A stretch of 30,477 bases of DNA, taken from assembly GCA_964455165.1 (NCBI GenBank), contig CAYVXP010000001.1, positions 1-30,477 of the forward strand, read 5' to 3'. Below the pieces are notes generated by a model. It saw only the letters and a list, made by a program, of their open reading frames with translations. It was not told where the DNA came from and made no database searches. Shown piece by piece: positions 6,472-16,191 of the stretch. The stretch is from an uncultured Gammaproteobacteria bacterium. GTDB lineage: Bacteria > Patescibacteriota > Patescibacteriia > UBA1558 > GWA2-36-10. Every line of letters begins with the position of its first letter. The stretch's first letter is position 1. The position numbers and the translations under genes are program-made.

Positions 6472-7518
6472 ATGCGCATTTTAGCAATTGAAACATCCTG
6501 TGATGAGACTGCCTTGGCTGTCATTGGTGAGCGAAGGGGTTTTTTGTATTTAGAAAAAGATTCTGTCTATTCTCAAGTCAATATTCACAAAAAATATGGC
6601 GGTGTAGTGCCAGAGCTAGCCTCTCGCAAGCACCTAGAAACTATCATGCCATTACTTGACCATACTCTGGGTAAAAATAAGCTAAAAAATATTGACTATA
6701 TTGCCTTTACCCAAGGACCAGGCTTGGTGACTTCTTTAGTTTTGGGAGTGGCAACCGCCAAAGCCCTAAGTCTAGCAAGTAATAAGCCACTAGTGCCTAT
6801 CAATCATCTGGAGGGACACATATATTCCAATTGGCTTACTCACCCAGAATTGCAGACTAACAAAATAAATGTTTTTCCTTGTATTGTTTTAGTGGTTTCT
6901 GGTGGACACACCGAGTTGATCCTGATGACTGATCATGGCAAATATGAACTGATCGGTAAAACACTTGATGATGCTGTAGGTGAAGCCTTTGATAAGGTAG
7001 CTAAACTTTTGAATCTTGGCTATCCTGGTGGGCCGATCGTCAGTAAATTGGCTGCCATGGGCAATGCTCAAAAATATGATTTTCCACGACCAATGATCAA
7101 TAGTCATGATTTTGATTTTAGTCTTTCTGGACTCAAAACTTCTATCTTGTATTTTATGGAAAAGAAGCAAAAAATAAATCAACAAGATGTAGCAGATATT
7201 TGTGCCGGTTTTCAACTAGCGGTCACGGATGTTTTGGTCAAAAAGACTTTTTTGGCCGCTAAAAAATATGAAGCTAAGGCCATAATGCTTGCCGGTGGAG
7301 TCTCAGCTAATACTTTTTTGAAAAAGATCTTAAAATATAAAGCTGATAAACTAGCTCTACCTTTTTTTGCACCAGATATCAAGTTCACTGGCGACAATGC
7401 TGCTATGATTGGAGCGGCCGCTTTCTATAGATTAAAAAATAAACGAGCTAGCATCTTGCGTGGGGAAAATATCAGTAAATTAGAGCCACAGGCCAACTGG
7501 CAATTAGTTGAAAAGTAG
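6472..7518 (+). CDS. tsaD: tRNA N6-threonylcarbamoyladenosine (t6A) synthesis protein TsaD
   Basis: ILAIETSCDET, YGGVVPELASRKH, HLEGH, VSGGHT, TLDDAVGEAFDKVAK, GDNAAMIG. Confidence 0.98.
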   Translation: MRILAIETSCDETALAVIGERRGFLYLEKDSVYSQVNIHKKYGGVVPELASRKHLETIMPLLDHTLGKNKLKNIDYIAFTQGPGLVTSLVLGVATAKALSLASNKPLVPINHLEGHIYSNWLTHPELQTNKINVFPCIVLVVSGGHTELILMTDHGKYELIGKTLDDAVGEAFDKVAKLLNLGYPGGPIVSKLAAMGNAQKYDFPRPMINSHDFDFSLSGLKTSILYFMEKKQKINQQDVADICAGFQLAVTDVLVKKTFLAAKKYEAKAIMLAGGVSANTFLKKILKYKADKLALPFFAPDIKFTGDNAAMIGAAAFYRLKNKRASILRGENISKLEPQANWQLVEK

Positions 7519-7608
7519 TTTTTGAGTAATTCGGTGCAGTATTGTATAATTAAGCAATTGTCCTGGATTAGTTTACGCTAGATTTCTCCAAACAATAAAA
7601 TAATAAAA

Positions 7609-8031
7609 ATGAAAGAATATACATCAAAAACTCAAGGTGAGACAGAAAAAATCGCCCAAGATATTGTGGAACAACTTCAGGGTGGCGAGGTTTTGGCTTT
7701 GGTAGGAAACTTGGGTGCTGGCAAGACAGTTTTTGTAAAAGGCTTGGCCAAGGCGCTGGGTATCGAAGACAATATCACTAGCCCTACTTTTGTTTTGATG
7801 AAAATATATCAGACCAAGCATGCTCGAGTAAAAAGACTAGTGCATGTCGATTGCTATCGCTTGGAAAAAGCTGAGGATCTAGAAGAAATTGGTTTAGCTG
7901 ATTATCTTCATGATCCAGAAAATATTGTTGTGATCGAATGGGCTGATCGAGTAATTAGTTTGCCAAAAAATACTATCAATATTAATATTGAATATATCAA
8001 TAATCAAGAAAGACACGTGGTCATAAAATAA
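7609..8031 (+). CDS. tsaE: t6A ATPase TsaE
   Basis: GNLGAGKT P-loop, ITSPTF, HVDCYRL, IEWA. Confidence 0.96.
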   Translation: MKEYTSKTQGETEKIAQDIVEQLQGGEVLALVGNLGAGKTVFVKGLAKALGIEDNITSPTFVLMKIYQTKHARVKRLVHVDCYRLEKAEDLEEIGLADYLHDPENIVVIEWADRVISLPKNTININIEYINNQERHVVIK

Positions 8032-8034
8032 TAT

Positions 8035-10578
8035 ATGGGTGATCAGGATAGACAAATAGATTTACCAAAGGCCTACGAAGCCTCAGAGCATGAAAAAGCT
8101 ATTTATCAGCTGTGGCTTGATAGTGGTTTTTTTAATCCTGATAATTTAAAAAATGATGGTCCAGCTTTTACTATATCTATGCCCCCGCCAAACGCTACTG
8201 GTATTTTACACCTTGGGCATGCGGCTGGTTTGGCTGTAGAGGATATAGTGATTCGTTATAAGCGTTTGCAAGGCTACAGAGCTTTATGGTTACCGGGTAC
8301 TGATCACGCCTCTATTGCTACACAAACCAAAGTAGAAAAAATATTAGCCAGCGAAGGTACTGATCGCTATACTTTGGGTAGAGAAAAATTTTTAGAACGG
8401 GTTAAGCAATATGTGGCTGATTCTCAGGGTACTATCCGTGAACAAATAAGACGCATTGGTTCTAGTTGTGATTGGTCTCGTGAGCGCTACACTTTTGATG
8501 ATGGGCTATCTCGAGCAGTCAATGAGGCTTTTATCCGCATGTATAATGACGGTCTGATTTACCGCGGTTATCGTATCGTCAATTGGTGTCCGCGTTGCGC
8601 CTCTACTATAGCTGATGATGAAGTAGAGCACGAAGAACAAGACGCTAAATTGTATTATATAAAATACGGTCCCTTTGTCGTCGCTACTACTAGACCAGAA
8701 ACCAAGCTAGCTGACACTGGCGCAGCTGTCCATCCTGATGATGGGCGTTATCAGCAATACCTTGGTCAAACTTTGGAGATTGATCTGGCTGGTCACAAGA
8801 TCAAAGTAAAAGTTTTTGCTGATAAGAGTATTGATCCAACATTTGGCTCTGGTGTAGTTGGTGTCACACCAGCCCATAGCTTGGTGGACTACGACTTTGC
8901 TCAAAAAAATAATCTAGAAATAATCAAGCTCATAGATGAGCAAGGAAAATTATTGGCTAGTGGAGGTAAGTATTCCGGACTAGACGTACTAGAAGCTAGG
9001 AAGCAATTCGTAGCTGATCTACAAGCCGGTGGCTTATTAGAAAAAACAGAGGACATAAAAAATAATTTGTCAGTCTGCTATCGCTGTCAGACAGCCATCG
9101 AACCTCTGCCATCAGAGCAGTGGTTTGTGGCCGTTGATAAAAAAATTCCTGGTCGTGATAAGTCACTCAAAGAGCTTTCCACTGAAGTTGTCAAACACAA
9201 AGATATCAGGATCATGCCCCATCGTTTTGAAAAGATATATTTTAATTGGATGGAAAATCTCCATGACTGGTGTATCTCTAGACAATTGTGGTGGGGGCAC
9301 CGCATCCCTATCTGGTATACAGATGACAAGCAGATTATAGTAGCTCATGATGAAGCCGAGGCCAAAGCCAAGGCTAATGGTCAAAATATTACTCAAGATC
9401 CGGATACCCTAGATACTTGGTTTTCATCTTCATTGTGGACTTTTTCTACCCTAGGCTGGCCAGATAATACCAAGGATCTACAGCTCTATCACCCGACTGG
9501 CTTGATGGAGACTGGCTATGATATTATTTTCTTCTGGGTAGCCAGGATGATTTTGATGACGGAATATTTACTGAATGACAAGCCTTTTTCTTTGGTTTAT
9601 TTACACGGCATAGTGCGTGACAAGGAAGGGAGAAAATTAAGTAAATCTCTGGGCAATGGTATTGACCCAATAGAGATGATAGACAAGTATGGTGCTGATG
9701 CTTTGCGTTTGTCGGTTATTATCGGTGCTACTCCTGGCAATGACTCTCGTGTTTATGAAGAAAAGATTGCTGGCTATCGTAATTTTGTAAATAAACTTTG
9801 GAACATTTCTCGCTTTATTTTTTCCTCAGTCAGCGTGATCAAAAGAGTACAACATGAGCCAGAGGCAAAAACCTTAGCCGATGCTTGGATTTTGTCGGAG
9901 TACAATAATCTAGTAGAAGAGGTGACCACTGATTTTCATAAATATAATCTATCAGTAGCCGGAGAAAAGCTTTATGAGTTTACTTGGTCAAAGTTAGCTG
10001 ATTGGTATCTAGAACTAGCTAAGTTTGAAAAAAATAAGGACGAAATTTTACTTTATATTTTGGAGCGTCTACTTATTATGTGGCATCCTTTTACACCTTT
10101 TGTCACTGAGTTGATTTGGAAGCAATTCCAATCAAAAAATTTAATCATGGTCGAGCATTGGCCAAAAGCTAAAGCACAAAATCAAGAGGCAGTCACAGCC
10201 TTTGCTGAGCTGATGGAGCTAGTGACTATGGTCCGCAACCTCAAAGCAGAAAATAAAATGCGTACAGCGGACAAACCAGATTGTTATATTGAAAATAAAA
10301 TTTTATTTCAAGAGTCAAAATTGACAGCCTCTCATTTGGCTGGTGTCACTTTGCAGGCTAGTGTTATTGATGGAGTAAAGTTTAATACTAGTCATGGCTA
10401 TTTTATCATCAATCTGCATAAGCCACTCAAAGAGCAAGAAGTAGCTAGTATGCAAAAGTATATCGCCGAGCTAGAAGCAAAATTAGCCAACAAGGCTTTT
10501 ACGGAAAATGCTCCACGGCAAATTGTCGATGAGGCTAGACAAAAATTAGAACAAGCTAAGAAAAAAATAGCCCCCTAG
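8035..10578 (+). CDS. valS: Valine--tRNA ligase
   Basis: PPPNATGILHLGHA, PGTDHASIATQ, DWCISRQLWWGHRIP, DPDTLDTWFSS, KLSKSLGN. Confidence 0.98.
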   Translation: MGDQDRQIDLPKAYEASEHEKAIYQLWLDSGFFNPDNLKNDGPAFTISMPPPNATGILHLGHAAGLAVEDIVIRYKRLQGYRALWLPGTDHASIATQTKVEKILASEGTDRYTLGREKFLERVKQYVADSQGTIREQIRRIGSSCDWSRERYTFDDGLSRAVNEAFIRMYNDGLIYRGYRIVNWCPRCASTIADDEVEHEEQDAKLYYIKYGPFVVATTRPETKLADTGAAVHPDDGRYQQYLGQTLEIDLAGHKIKVKVFADKSIDPTFGSGVVGVTPAHSLVDYDFAQKNNLEIIKLIDEQGKLLASGGKYSGLDVLEARKQFVADLQAGGLLEKTEDIKNNLSVCYRCQTAIEPLPSEQWFVAVDKKIPGRDKSLKELSTEVVKHKDIRIMPHRFEKIYFNWMENLHDWCISRQLWWGHRIPIWYTDDKQIIVAHDEAEAKAKANGQNITQDPDTLDTWFSSSLWTFSTLGWPDNTKDLQLYHPTGLMETGYDIIFFWVARMILMTEYLLNDKPFSLVYLHGIVRDKEGRKLSKSLGNGIDPIEMIDKYGADALRLSVIIGATPGNDSRVYEEKIAGYRNFVNKLWNISRFIFSSVSVIKRVQHEPEAKTLADAWILSEYNNLVEEVTTDFHKYNLSVAGEKLYEFTWSKLADWYLELAKFEKNKDEILLYILERLLIMWHPFTPFVTELIWKQFQSKNLIMVEHWPKAKAQNQEAVTAFAELMELVTMVRNLKAENKMRTADKPDCYIENKILFQESKLTASHLAGVTLQASVIDGVKFNTSHGYFIINLHKPLKEQEVASMQKYIAELEAKLANKAFTENAPRQIVDEARQKLEQAKKKIAP

Positions 10579-10593
10579 TCGGGGGCTTTTTTA
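10562..10593. terminator. Bidirectional terminator between convergent valS and the PilB-like gene
   Basis: AGCCCCC-TAGTC-GGGGGCT flanked by A and T tracts; overlaps the valS stop. Confidence 0.8.
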
Positions 10594-10594
10594 T

Positions 10595-12316
10595 TTAATC
10601 TTTTACTTTGCCAAATACTTCTTGGACCGAGGTCAGTCCTTCGAGAGCTTTGAGTAAGCCGTCTTGTAGCATGGTGATCATACCATTTTTTACGGCTATT
10701 TTTTCAATCTCATATTCAGAAACATTACCAGCTAAGATGAGCTTTTCTATCTCTGGTGTCATCATAAATATCTCATAGATACCCACTCGTCCTTTGTAGC
10801 CGAGATTGTGACATTTGTCGCAACCTTTGGCTTGGAAAAATTTTAGGTTATTGATATCAGCTACCGAGTGTCCTGATTCCGGAGCGATAGTACTCAGGGT
10901 GTTTAATACTTCTGTTGTTGTAGTTGTGTCTATAGTATTGTCTTCTATTTTGCAATATGGACAGAGTCTTCTGACTAGACGCTGACCAATGATAGCATCC
11001 AAAGATGGTGCCAACAGGAAAGACTGTACACCCATAGCAAGGAGACGGGGTATAGTAGCGGCCGCTGAGTTGGTGTGCATGGAGCTGAGCATCAAGTGTC
11101 CAGTCAAGGCAGCATTGATAGCCACATCAGCCGTTTCTAGGTCGCGGATTTCACCAACCATGACAATGTCAGGGTCTTGACGCAAGATGGCGCGCAAGCC
11201 ACGGGCAAAAGTGTAGCGAGTATTTTTTTCGTTTTCAGATTTATTGTCTGTGCTAGATTTGCTTTCTACTTGGCTTTGGATGATACCAGGGAGTTTGTAT
11301 TCGATTGGGTCCTCGAGAGTGATTATTTTTGTTTCTGGGCGATTGAGTTTATTCAAAATCGCATAAAGCGTAGTAGTCTTACCAGAACCAGTCGGACCAG
11401 TGGCGATTAGCATGCCATTGGGCTTGGTCATTTGTTTGGCTAGGTCATTGTAGGCCTTACCCTTCAAACCTAGCTCATCAAACTGTAGGCCAGCACTAGA
11501 GGCGCGGAGTAAACGCATAACAATACTTTCTCCATATGCTGACGGTATGATAGAGACGCGGACATCAACCTTGTCACTAGTCAAAGTGATTGAGAAGCGA
11601 CCATCTTGTGGTTTGTTGCCAGTGTTGAGTTTTAACCCGGCTAGTAGCTTGATACGCGAACCTATTTTTTCATTAGCCTCTTTGGGCATGGAGAGGGCAT
11701 TGTAGAGAGCGCCATCGATACGAAAACGAACTTTGACATCATTTTCTTCGGCTTCAATATGAATATCAGAAGCTAAAAATTTTAGACCAGCAGCGATTAC
11801 TAGGTTGATAGCTTCAGTTAGACTAGTTTCTTTGACTAGGTTTTGTAAAGAATCAAAGTTTGTTAATTTTTCATCAAATTTTGCTAAGGCTTCTTCGGTG
11901 ATATTGATGCCCTCGAGGTGAATGATAGTGGGTATCTTGGCGTAGATCTTAGCGGCTAGTGCCAAGCTGTTTTCCGATATCATATATACTTTGACGCGGG
12001 CGTGGTGATTGTCTCCCAGCTCTTTAGCTAGATTGGATACTTGCGGGTTGCCAGGATTGAGAGAGGCGAGACGAATTTCTTCGCCAGTAAAGAGAAAACA
12101 AATAGTTTGCAAAGCTTCAGCTTGTTCTTCGCTTATTAATTTTAGGGCATCCTGAGAAATAGGAAACTTATCGAGATTGATATAAGACAGACCAATGGCA
12201 GTGGCTTTTTTTTCTATTTCATTTTCCTTTTCTTTGTTAGCCAGATCACTCAGCTTGCTACTTAGTTTTTGAGTGACTGCATCAGAAAATGGTTTAGTTT
12301 TTTTTGGGTCGTCCAT
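10595..12316 (-). CDS. pilB: GspE/PulE/PilB family type IV pilus assembly ATPase
   Basis: ASDIHIE, PQDGRF, GPTGSGKTTTLY, LEDPIEY, LRQDPDIVMVGEIRD, AALTGHL, CxxC pairs, GYKGRVGIYE. Confidence 0.92.
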   Translation of the reverse strand: MDDPKKTKPFSDAVTQKLSSKLSDLANKEKENEIEKKATAIGLSYINLDKFPISQDALKLISEEQAEALQTICFLFTGEEIRLASLNPGNPQVSNLAKELGDNHHARVKVYMISENSLALAAKIYAKIPTIIHLEGINITEEALAKFDEKLTNFDSLQNLVKETSLTEAINLVIAAGLKFLASDIHIEAEENDVKVRFRIDGALYNALSMPKEANEKIGSRIKLLAGLKLNTGNKPQDGRFSITLTSDKVDVRVSIIPSAYGESIVMRLLRASSAGLQFDELGLKGKAYNDLAKQMTKPNGMLIATGPTGSGKTTTLYAILNKLNRPETKIITLEDPIEYKLPGIIQSQVESKSSTDNKSENEKNTRYTFARGLRAILRQDPDIVMVGEIRDLETADVAINAALTGHLMLSSMHTNSAAATIPRLLAMGVQSFLLAPSLDAIIGQRLVRRLCPYCKIEDNTIDTTTTTEVLNTLSTIAPESGHSVADINNLKFFQAKGCDKCHNLGYKGRVGIYEIFMMTPEIEKLILAGNVSEYEIEKIAVKNGMITMLQDGLLKALEGLTSVQEVFGKVKD

Positions 12317-12423
12317 GTATTTTTTCTTATTCTATCTTATAATAAATTATACTTTTGCTAAGGTCAAAAGTCAATTAAAAAACCGCTTCCAGTAAATTTT
12401 AGAAACGGTTTTTTTATATTATT

Positions 12424-13398
12424 TTAGCGAGTCAAGGCTGGTAAATTTCTATGAGCAAATCTGTGTATCTTGCTATGACTTGGCGCTTTACCATTGAGGC
12501 GTATAAAAATATTGGCCCATAGTAGATTATAAAAGGCGCCATAAAAAGAAGTAATAAGTAGGAAAGTGGCTATAGCCGCAAAAGAACCGAGGACGACTAA
12601 GAGGTAAAATACTACTGTGCTGACCTGCATCAATAGAGCTAGGACAATAAATGGAGTGAAGATAAAGGCTATGGCGGCCATACCAACCACAATATAAATG
12701 ATAGAGAATAATAATATGGTAATGGCACTTTCTACAGTAATCATCCAGTTGGCTCGAAATAATTCCCAGCCGTTATTAAAAGCTTTCCAGAGCGATTGAT
12801 TATAGATGACTATGTAGGCCATACCAAAGCGAGTAGCAAAAGAAATCATGACCATCAGTGGTATGAGCAGGAAGAATACTATCAAGGAGAGTAGGAAATA
12901 AAAAGTTAGACCGCTGTTTACAACTATCAGGCTAATCATTGGACTGATGACAAAGACAATAAAGAAGTAGCCTATCAGAGTGTTGATTAAATTTATGCCC
13001 AATAGTGGCCAAAATTTTTCTAAAGCCACGGCTAGACTATTATTTACTTTTCCTTTACTGCTTTTTAGATATTTGGAAGCACTGTGTATCAAGGCGCCTT
13101 GTGAGGAGACGGAAAGTATCAGGATGATGGCGTAAATAATGAATAAGCCAATGAGAGTGATATAGCTATCAGCCATAGACCAGTCTATTTGATTCTGACT
13201 GGCTAGTTTTTGTATGCTATTCCACCAAGTGATCACCCAAGAACCCAAGAAATCAGGATTGGCCCCCTGAAAATTAAAGGCCATTTTTATTTCGTTGAAT
13301 CCGAGGAGTGAGGCGAATAGACCAAAAAATAATAAATGAAAGTTTTGTTTAATGATTTGCCACGATTGACTAAAAATTTTACGATAGAATGGTTCCAT
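12424..13398 (-). CDS. Hypothetical polytopic membrane protein
   Basis: 324-aa ORF with several TM segments; resembles conserved CPR membrane proteins. Confidence 0.8.
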   Translation of the reverse strand: MEPFYRKIFSQSWQIIKQNFHLLFFGLFASLLGFNEIKMAFNFQGANPDFLGSWVITWWNSIQKLASQNQIDWSMADSYITLIGLFIIYAIILILSVSSQGALIHSASKYLKSSKGKVNNSLAVALEKFWPLLGINLINTLIGYFFIVFVISPMISLIVVNSGLTFYFLLSLIVFFLLIPLMVMISFATRFGMAYIVIYNQSLWKAFNNGWELFRANWMITVESAITILLFSIIYIVVGMAAIAFIFTPFIVLALLMQVSTVVFYLLVVLGSFAAIATFLLITSFYGAFYNLLWANIFIRLNGKAPSHSKIHRFAHRNLPALTR

Positions 13399-13459
13399 AT
13401 TTTTTATTTTAAGCTTTTATTTTAGTTCGATATTATTATAACATATTTTAGTCTTATAT

Positions 13460-13491
13460 AAAAGAACAACCAAAGTCTTGGTTGTTCTTTT
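13460..13491. terminator. Intrinsic terminator
   Basis: Perfect 14-bp stem AAAAGAACAACCAA-AGTC-TTGGTTGTTCTTTT. Confidence 0.8.
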
Positions 13492-13508
13492 GTTAGGCTG
13501 ATAATTTT

Positions 13509-14174
13509 TTATTCTTGCTTTGGTTTCATCGAAGAATGATTGTGGGTTATTTCCCACGCACCATCTTTATTCTTTTCCCAGATAAATGAAAATCTAGCTT
13601 CAATAATTTGTTGTGCATCTTCTGGTCCTATTATAAAATTTTGTAAGCCAGACTGTAAATATTTGTCGGGACCAAGGTGTTGTACTTGCTCTTCAATGAT
13701 TTCACCTTTGGTATTTTTTTCAAGTATATTTTTAAAATTAAGCGCCTCTTTTTCACTTGGCTTTATAGAAGAATGGTGGTGTATAATCTCCCATTGATTA
13801 TCTTCGTTTTTTTCCCAGACAAAAGAAAATTCTGCCTCAACCATCTGTCTTTGTTCACTTGGCCCTATTTCAAAATCATATTTGCCGTAATGTAAATAAC
13901 TATTTTCTCCTAGTGGCCTTACTTGTTCTTCTATAATTTTGCAGCTAGGATTTTTTTCTAGAAAATGAGTAAAATACTCAGCTGCTTCACCAGGACCTTT
14001 TTTAAAATCTGGAGAAACTGTGGGTAAAAAAGTTGATTCTGGTCCGTAGAGTCTTGCTATTGTTTTAGCGTCTTCGCCAAGGGCGTCTTGCCAGCGCTGA
14101 GAATTAAGTTGGGCTATTTCCATTGTAGTTTCTTTTTTCGTTTCTATTGATGTATTGGTAGGAAATTGTTCCAT
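13509..14174 (-). CDS. SgcJ/EcaC (DUF4440, CaMKII-association/SnoaL-like fold) protein with a duplicated C-terminal half
   Basis: W..AL......A.LY.....FLPTVS, ARF(S/T)FVW......W.I.HHHSS..P family motifs; internal repeat with a 79-aa period. Confidence 0.82.
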   Translation of the reverse strand: MEQFPTNTSIETKKETTMEIAQLNSQRWQDALGEDAKTIARLYGPESTFLPTVSPDFKKGPGEAAEYFTHFLEKNPSCKIIEEQVRPLGENSYLHYGKYDFEIGPSEQRQMVEAEFSFVWEKNEDNQWEIIHHHSSIKPSEKEALNFKNILEKNTKGEIIEEQVQHLGPDKYLQSGLQNFIIGPEDAQQIIEARFSFIWEKNKDGAWEITHNHSSMKPKQE

Positions 14175-14239
14175 GGTATTTGTAAATATTTAATTAGCAA
14201 GCCTAGAGAAAGTATAACTAAAATTATAAATTATGTAAA

Positions 14240-14271
14240 AAAATATCCTCGCTAGAGAGCGAGGATATTTT
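14240..14271. terminator. Intrinsic terminator after ftsH
   Basis: Perfect 14-bp stem AAAATATCCTCGCT-AGAG-AGCGAGGATATTTT. Confidence 0.85.
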
Positions 14272-14273
14272 AC

Positions 14274-16079
14274 TTAAGCCATGATAGCTTCAAATTCTTC
14301 TTTTTCTATAGTTTCTTTTTCAATCAAGTGGGCGACTATTTTTTCCATCTTATCTTTATTGTCTTTTATAGTAGTTTCAGCAGTCTTGAGAGCGGTCTTG
14401 ATGTAGTTGGATATTTCCTCATCGATTACTTCAGCTGTTTTTTCACTATAGTCTCGACGTTCGTGTATTTCTTTGCCCAAGAAAATCATTTCTTCTTTTT
14501 CACCAAAGGTACGAGGTCCTAGTTTGGCATCCATACCGTATTGGGTCACTATCTGTCTAGCCATTTTAGTGACTTTTTTGAGGTCACTGCTAGCACCAGT
14601 AGTTACTTCATCAAAAAATATTTTTTCAGCCGCAAAGCCTCCAAGTAGGACAGCCATGTTATCAATAAAGTCAGAATAGCTAGTCATCTTTTTCTCTTCA
14701 TCTGGGAGATTGATGGTATAGCCAGCGGCTCGTCCACGAGAGATGATAGATACTTTGTGTACTGGATCAGAGTGTGGTAGGACATGGGAGATGAGAGCGT
14801 GACCAGCTTCATGATAGGCGGTGATTTTCTTTTCTTTGTCAGACAAGATATGAGATTTTCTTTCACGACCGAGGAGTACACGCTCGATAGCATCCAAGAC
14901 ATCTTGGCCTTTGATTTTTTTCTCATTTCTTTTGGCAGCGACGATTGCAGCTTCATTCAAAAGGTTGGCAAGATCGGCTCCAGAAAATCCTGGAGTTCTT
15001 TGGGCGACCATTTTTAGATTGGTATCTTCATCCAGTGGTTTATTCTTGGCGTGGATTTTCAAAATTTCTTCACGATCTTTGATGTCTGGCAAATCAATCA
15101 CTACTTGGCGATCAAAACGACCTGGTCGTAGTAAGGCTGGGTCCAAGACATCTGGTCTATTGGTAGCGGCGATGACGATGATATTGGTTTGGTTATCAAA
15201 GCCATCCATCTCGACTAGTATTTGATTCAAAGTCTGTTCTCTTTCGTCATGTGAGCCACCAAGGCCAGCGCCTCTTTGGCGACCGACAGCGTCTATTTCA
15301 TCAATGAAGATCAAACATGGAGCAGCTTTCTTGGCCTTTTTAAATAAGTCACGGACACGAGAGGCGCCAACACCGACAAACATCTCGACAAACTCTGAAC
15401 CAGAGATATGAAAGAAAGGCACCTTGGCTTCGCCAGCGACAGCGCGAGCGAGCAGAGTCTTACCAGTACCAGGAGCGCCGAGTAACAAAACTCCGCGTGG
15501 TATCTTGGCACCGACATCGATAAACTTTTGGGGATTGCGCAAGAAGTCAACAATTTCTTTGAGATCTTCTTTGGCTTCATAGGCACCAGCCACATCACCA
15601 AAGTTGACTTTGTTATTTTGAGTGGCCATCTTGGCACCAGATTGTCCAAAAGACATAGCGCGATTGTTGACGCCTTGTACTTGGCGCATCATAAACCAAA
15701 CTACAGCAATGATTATGACTAATGGTAAGAGATAGGGTAGTAGAGTCATCCACCAGGCACCTTCACCACTTTCATCTTTGACGGTGATATCGACAGCGGC
15801 TATTTTTTCACTACTGACACCGTAGTTTTTCAACATGTCACTCAAAGGTTCGTTGACCTCTTTGTGAGTAGTAGCAGTAGTATCATCTTTGAGTGTGATA
15901 TCTAGCTTGCTACCGACGACAGTGATGTTTTTGACTTGGTCAGCGTTGATTTGGCTGACTAGCTTAGCCACACTTATTTCTGAAGATTTTTTGTTGGAAG
16001 TGTCAAAAAAACTAAAGATACCCAACAACAAAACCAGCATTAGAAAAAAGATGGCAATATTTTTTATATTCTTATTCAT
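14274..16079 (-). CDS. ftsH: ATP-dependent zinc metalloprotease FtsH
   Basis: Two N-terminal TMs, [48 protein letters not shown]. Confidence 0.99.
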   Translation of the reverse strand: MNKNIKNIAIFFLMLVLLLGIFSFFDTSNKKSSEISVAKLVSQINADQVKNITVVGSKLDITLKDDTTATTHKEVNEPLSDMLKNYGVSSEKIAAVDITVKDESGEGAWWMTLLPYLLPLVIIIAVVWFMMRQVQGVNNRAMSFGQSGAKMATQNNKVNFGDVAGAYEAKEDLKEIVDFLRNPQKFIDVGAKIPRGVLLLGAPGTGKTLLARAVAGEAKVPFFHISGSEFVEMFVGVGASRVRDLFKKAKKAAPCLIFIDEIDAVGRQRGAGLGGSHDEREQTLNQILVEMDGFDNQTNIIVIAATNRPDVLDPALLRPGRFDRQVVIDLPDIKDREEILKIHAKNKPLDEDTNLKMVAQRTPGFSGADLANLLNEAAIVAAKRNEKKIKGQDVLDAIERVLLGRERKSHILSDKEKKITAYHEAGHALISHVLPHSDPVHKVSIISRGRAAGYTINLPDEEKKMTSYSDFIDNMAVLLGGFAAEKIFFDEVTTGASSDLKKVTKMARQIVTQYGMDAKLGPRTFGEKEEMIFLGKEIHERRDYSEKTAEVIDEEISNYIKTALKTAETTIKDNKDKMEKIVAHLIEKETIEKEEFEAIMA

Positions 16080-16126
16080 AATATTGCTTAATTATATTTT
16101 ATTTTAGCACCAAAAGAAAATAATGT

Positions 16127-16185
16127 CCCGCTTCGCCGTTTTTTTGCGAGGCGAGCCCGCTTCGACTGGCTAAAAGCGAGGCGAG
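16127..16185. repeat. Tandem pair of about 30-bp units CCCGCTTCG-N10/11-GCGAGGCGAG between rpsA and ftsH
   Basis: Unit 1 16127-16155 (29 nt) and unit 2 16156-16185 (30 nt) have identical ends and different middles. Confidence 0.8.
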
Positions 16186-16191
16186 CAGCTT

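Noticed and set aside
9639-9653. KLSKS instead of KMSKS in ValS
   Set aside because: A conservative variant of the class I motif; no sign of lost function.
16127-16185. Mini CRISPR array
   Set aside because: Only two units, variable parts of 10-11 nt, and no cas genes or leader in the window.
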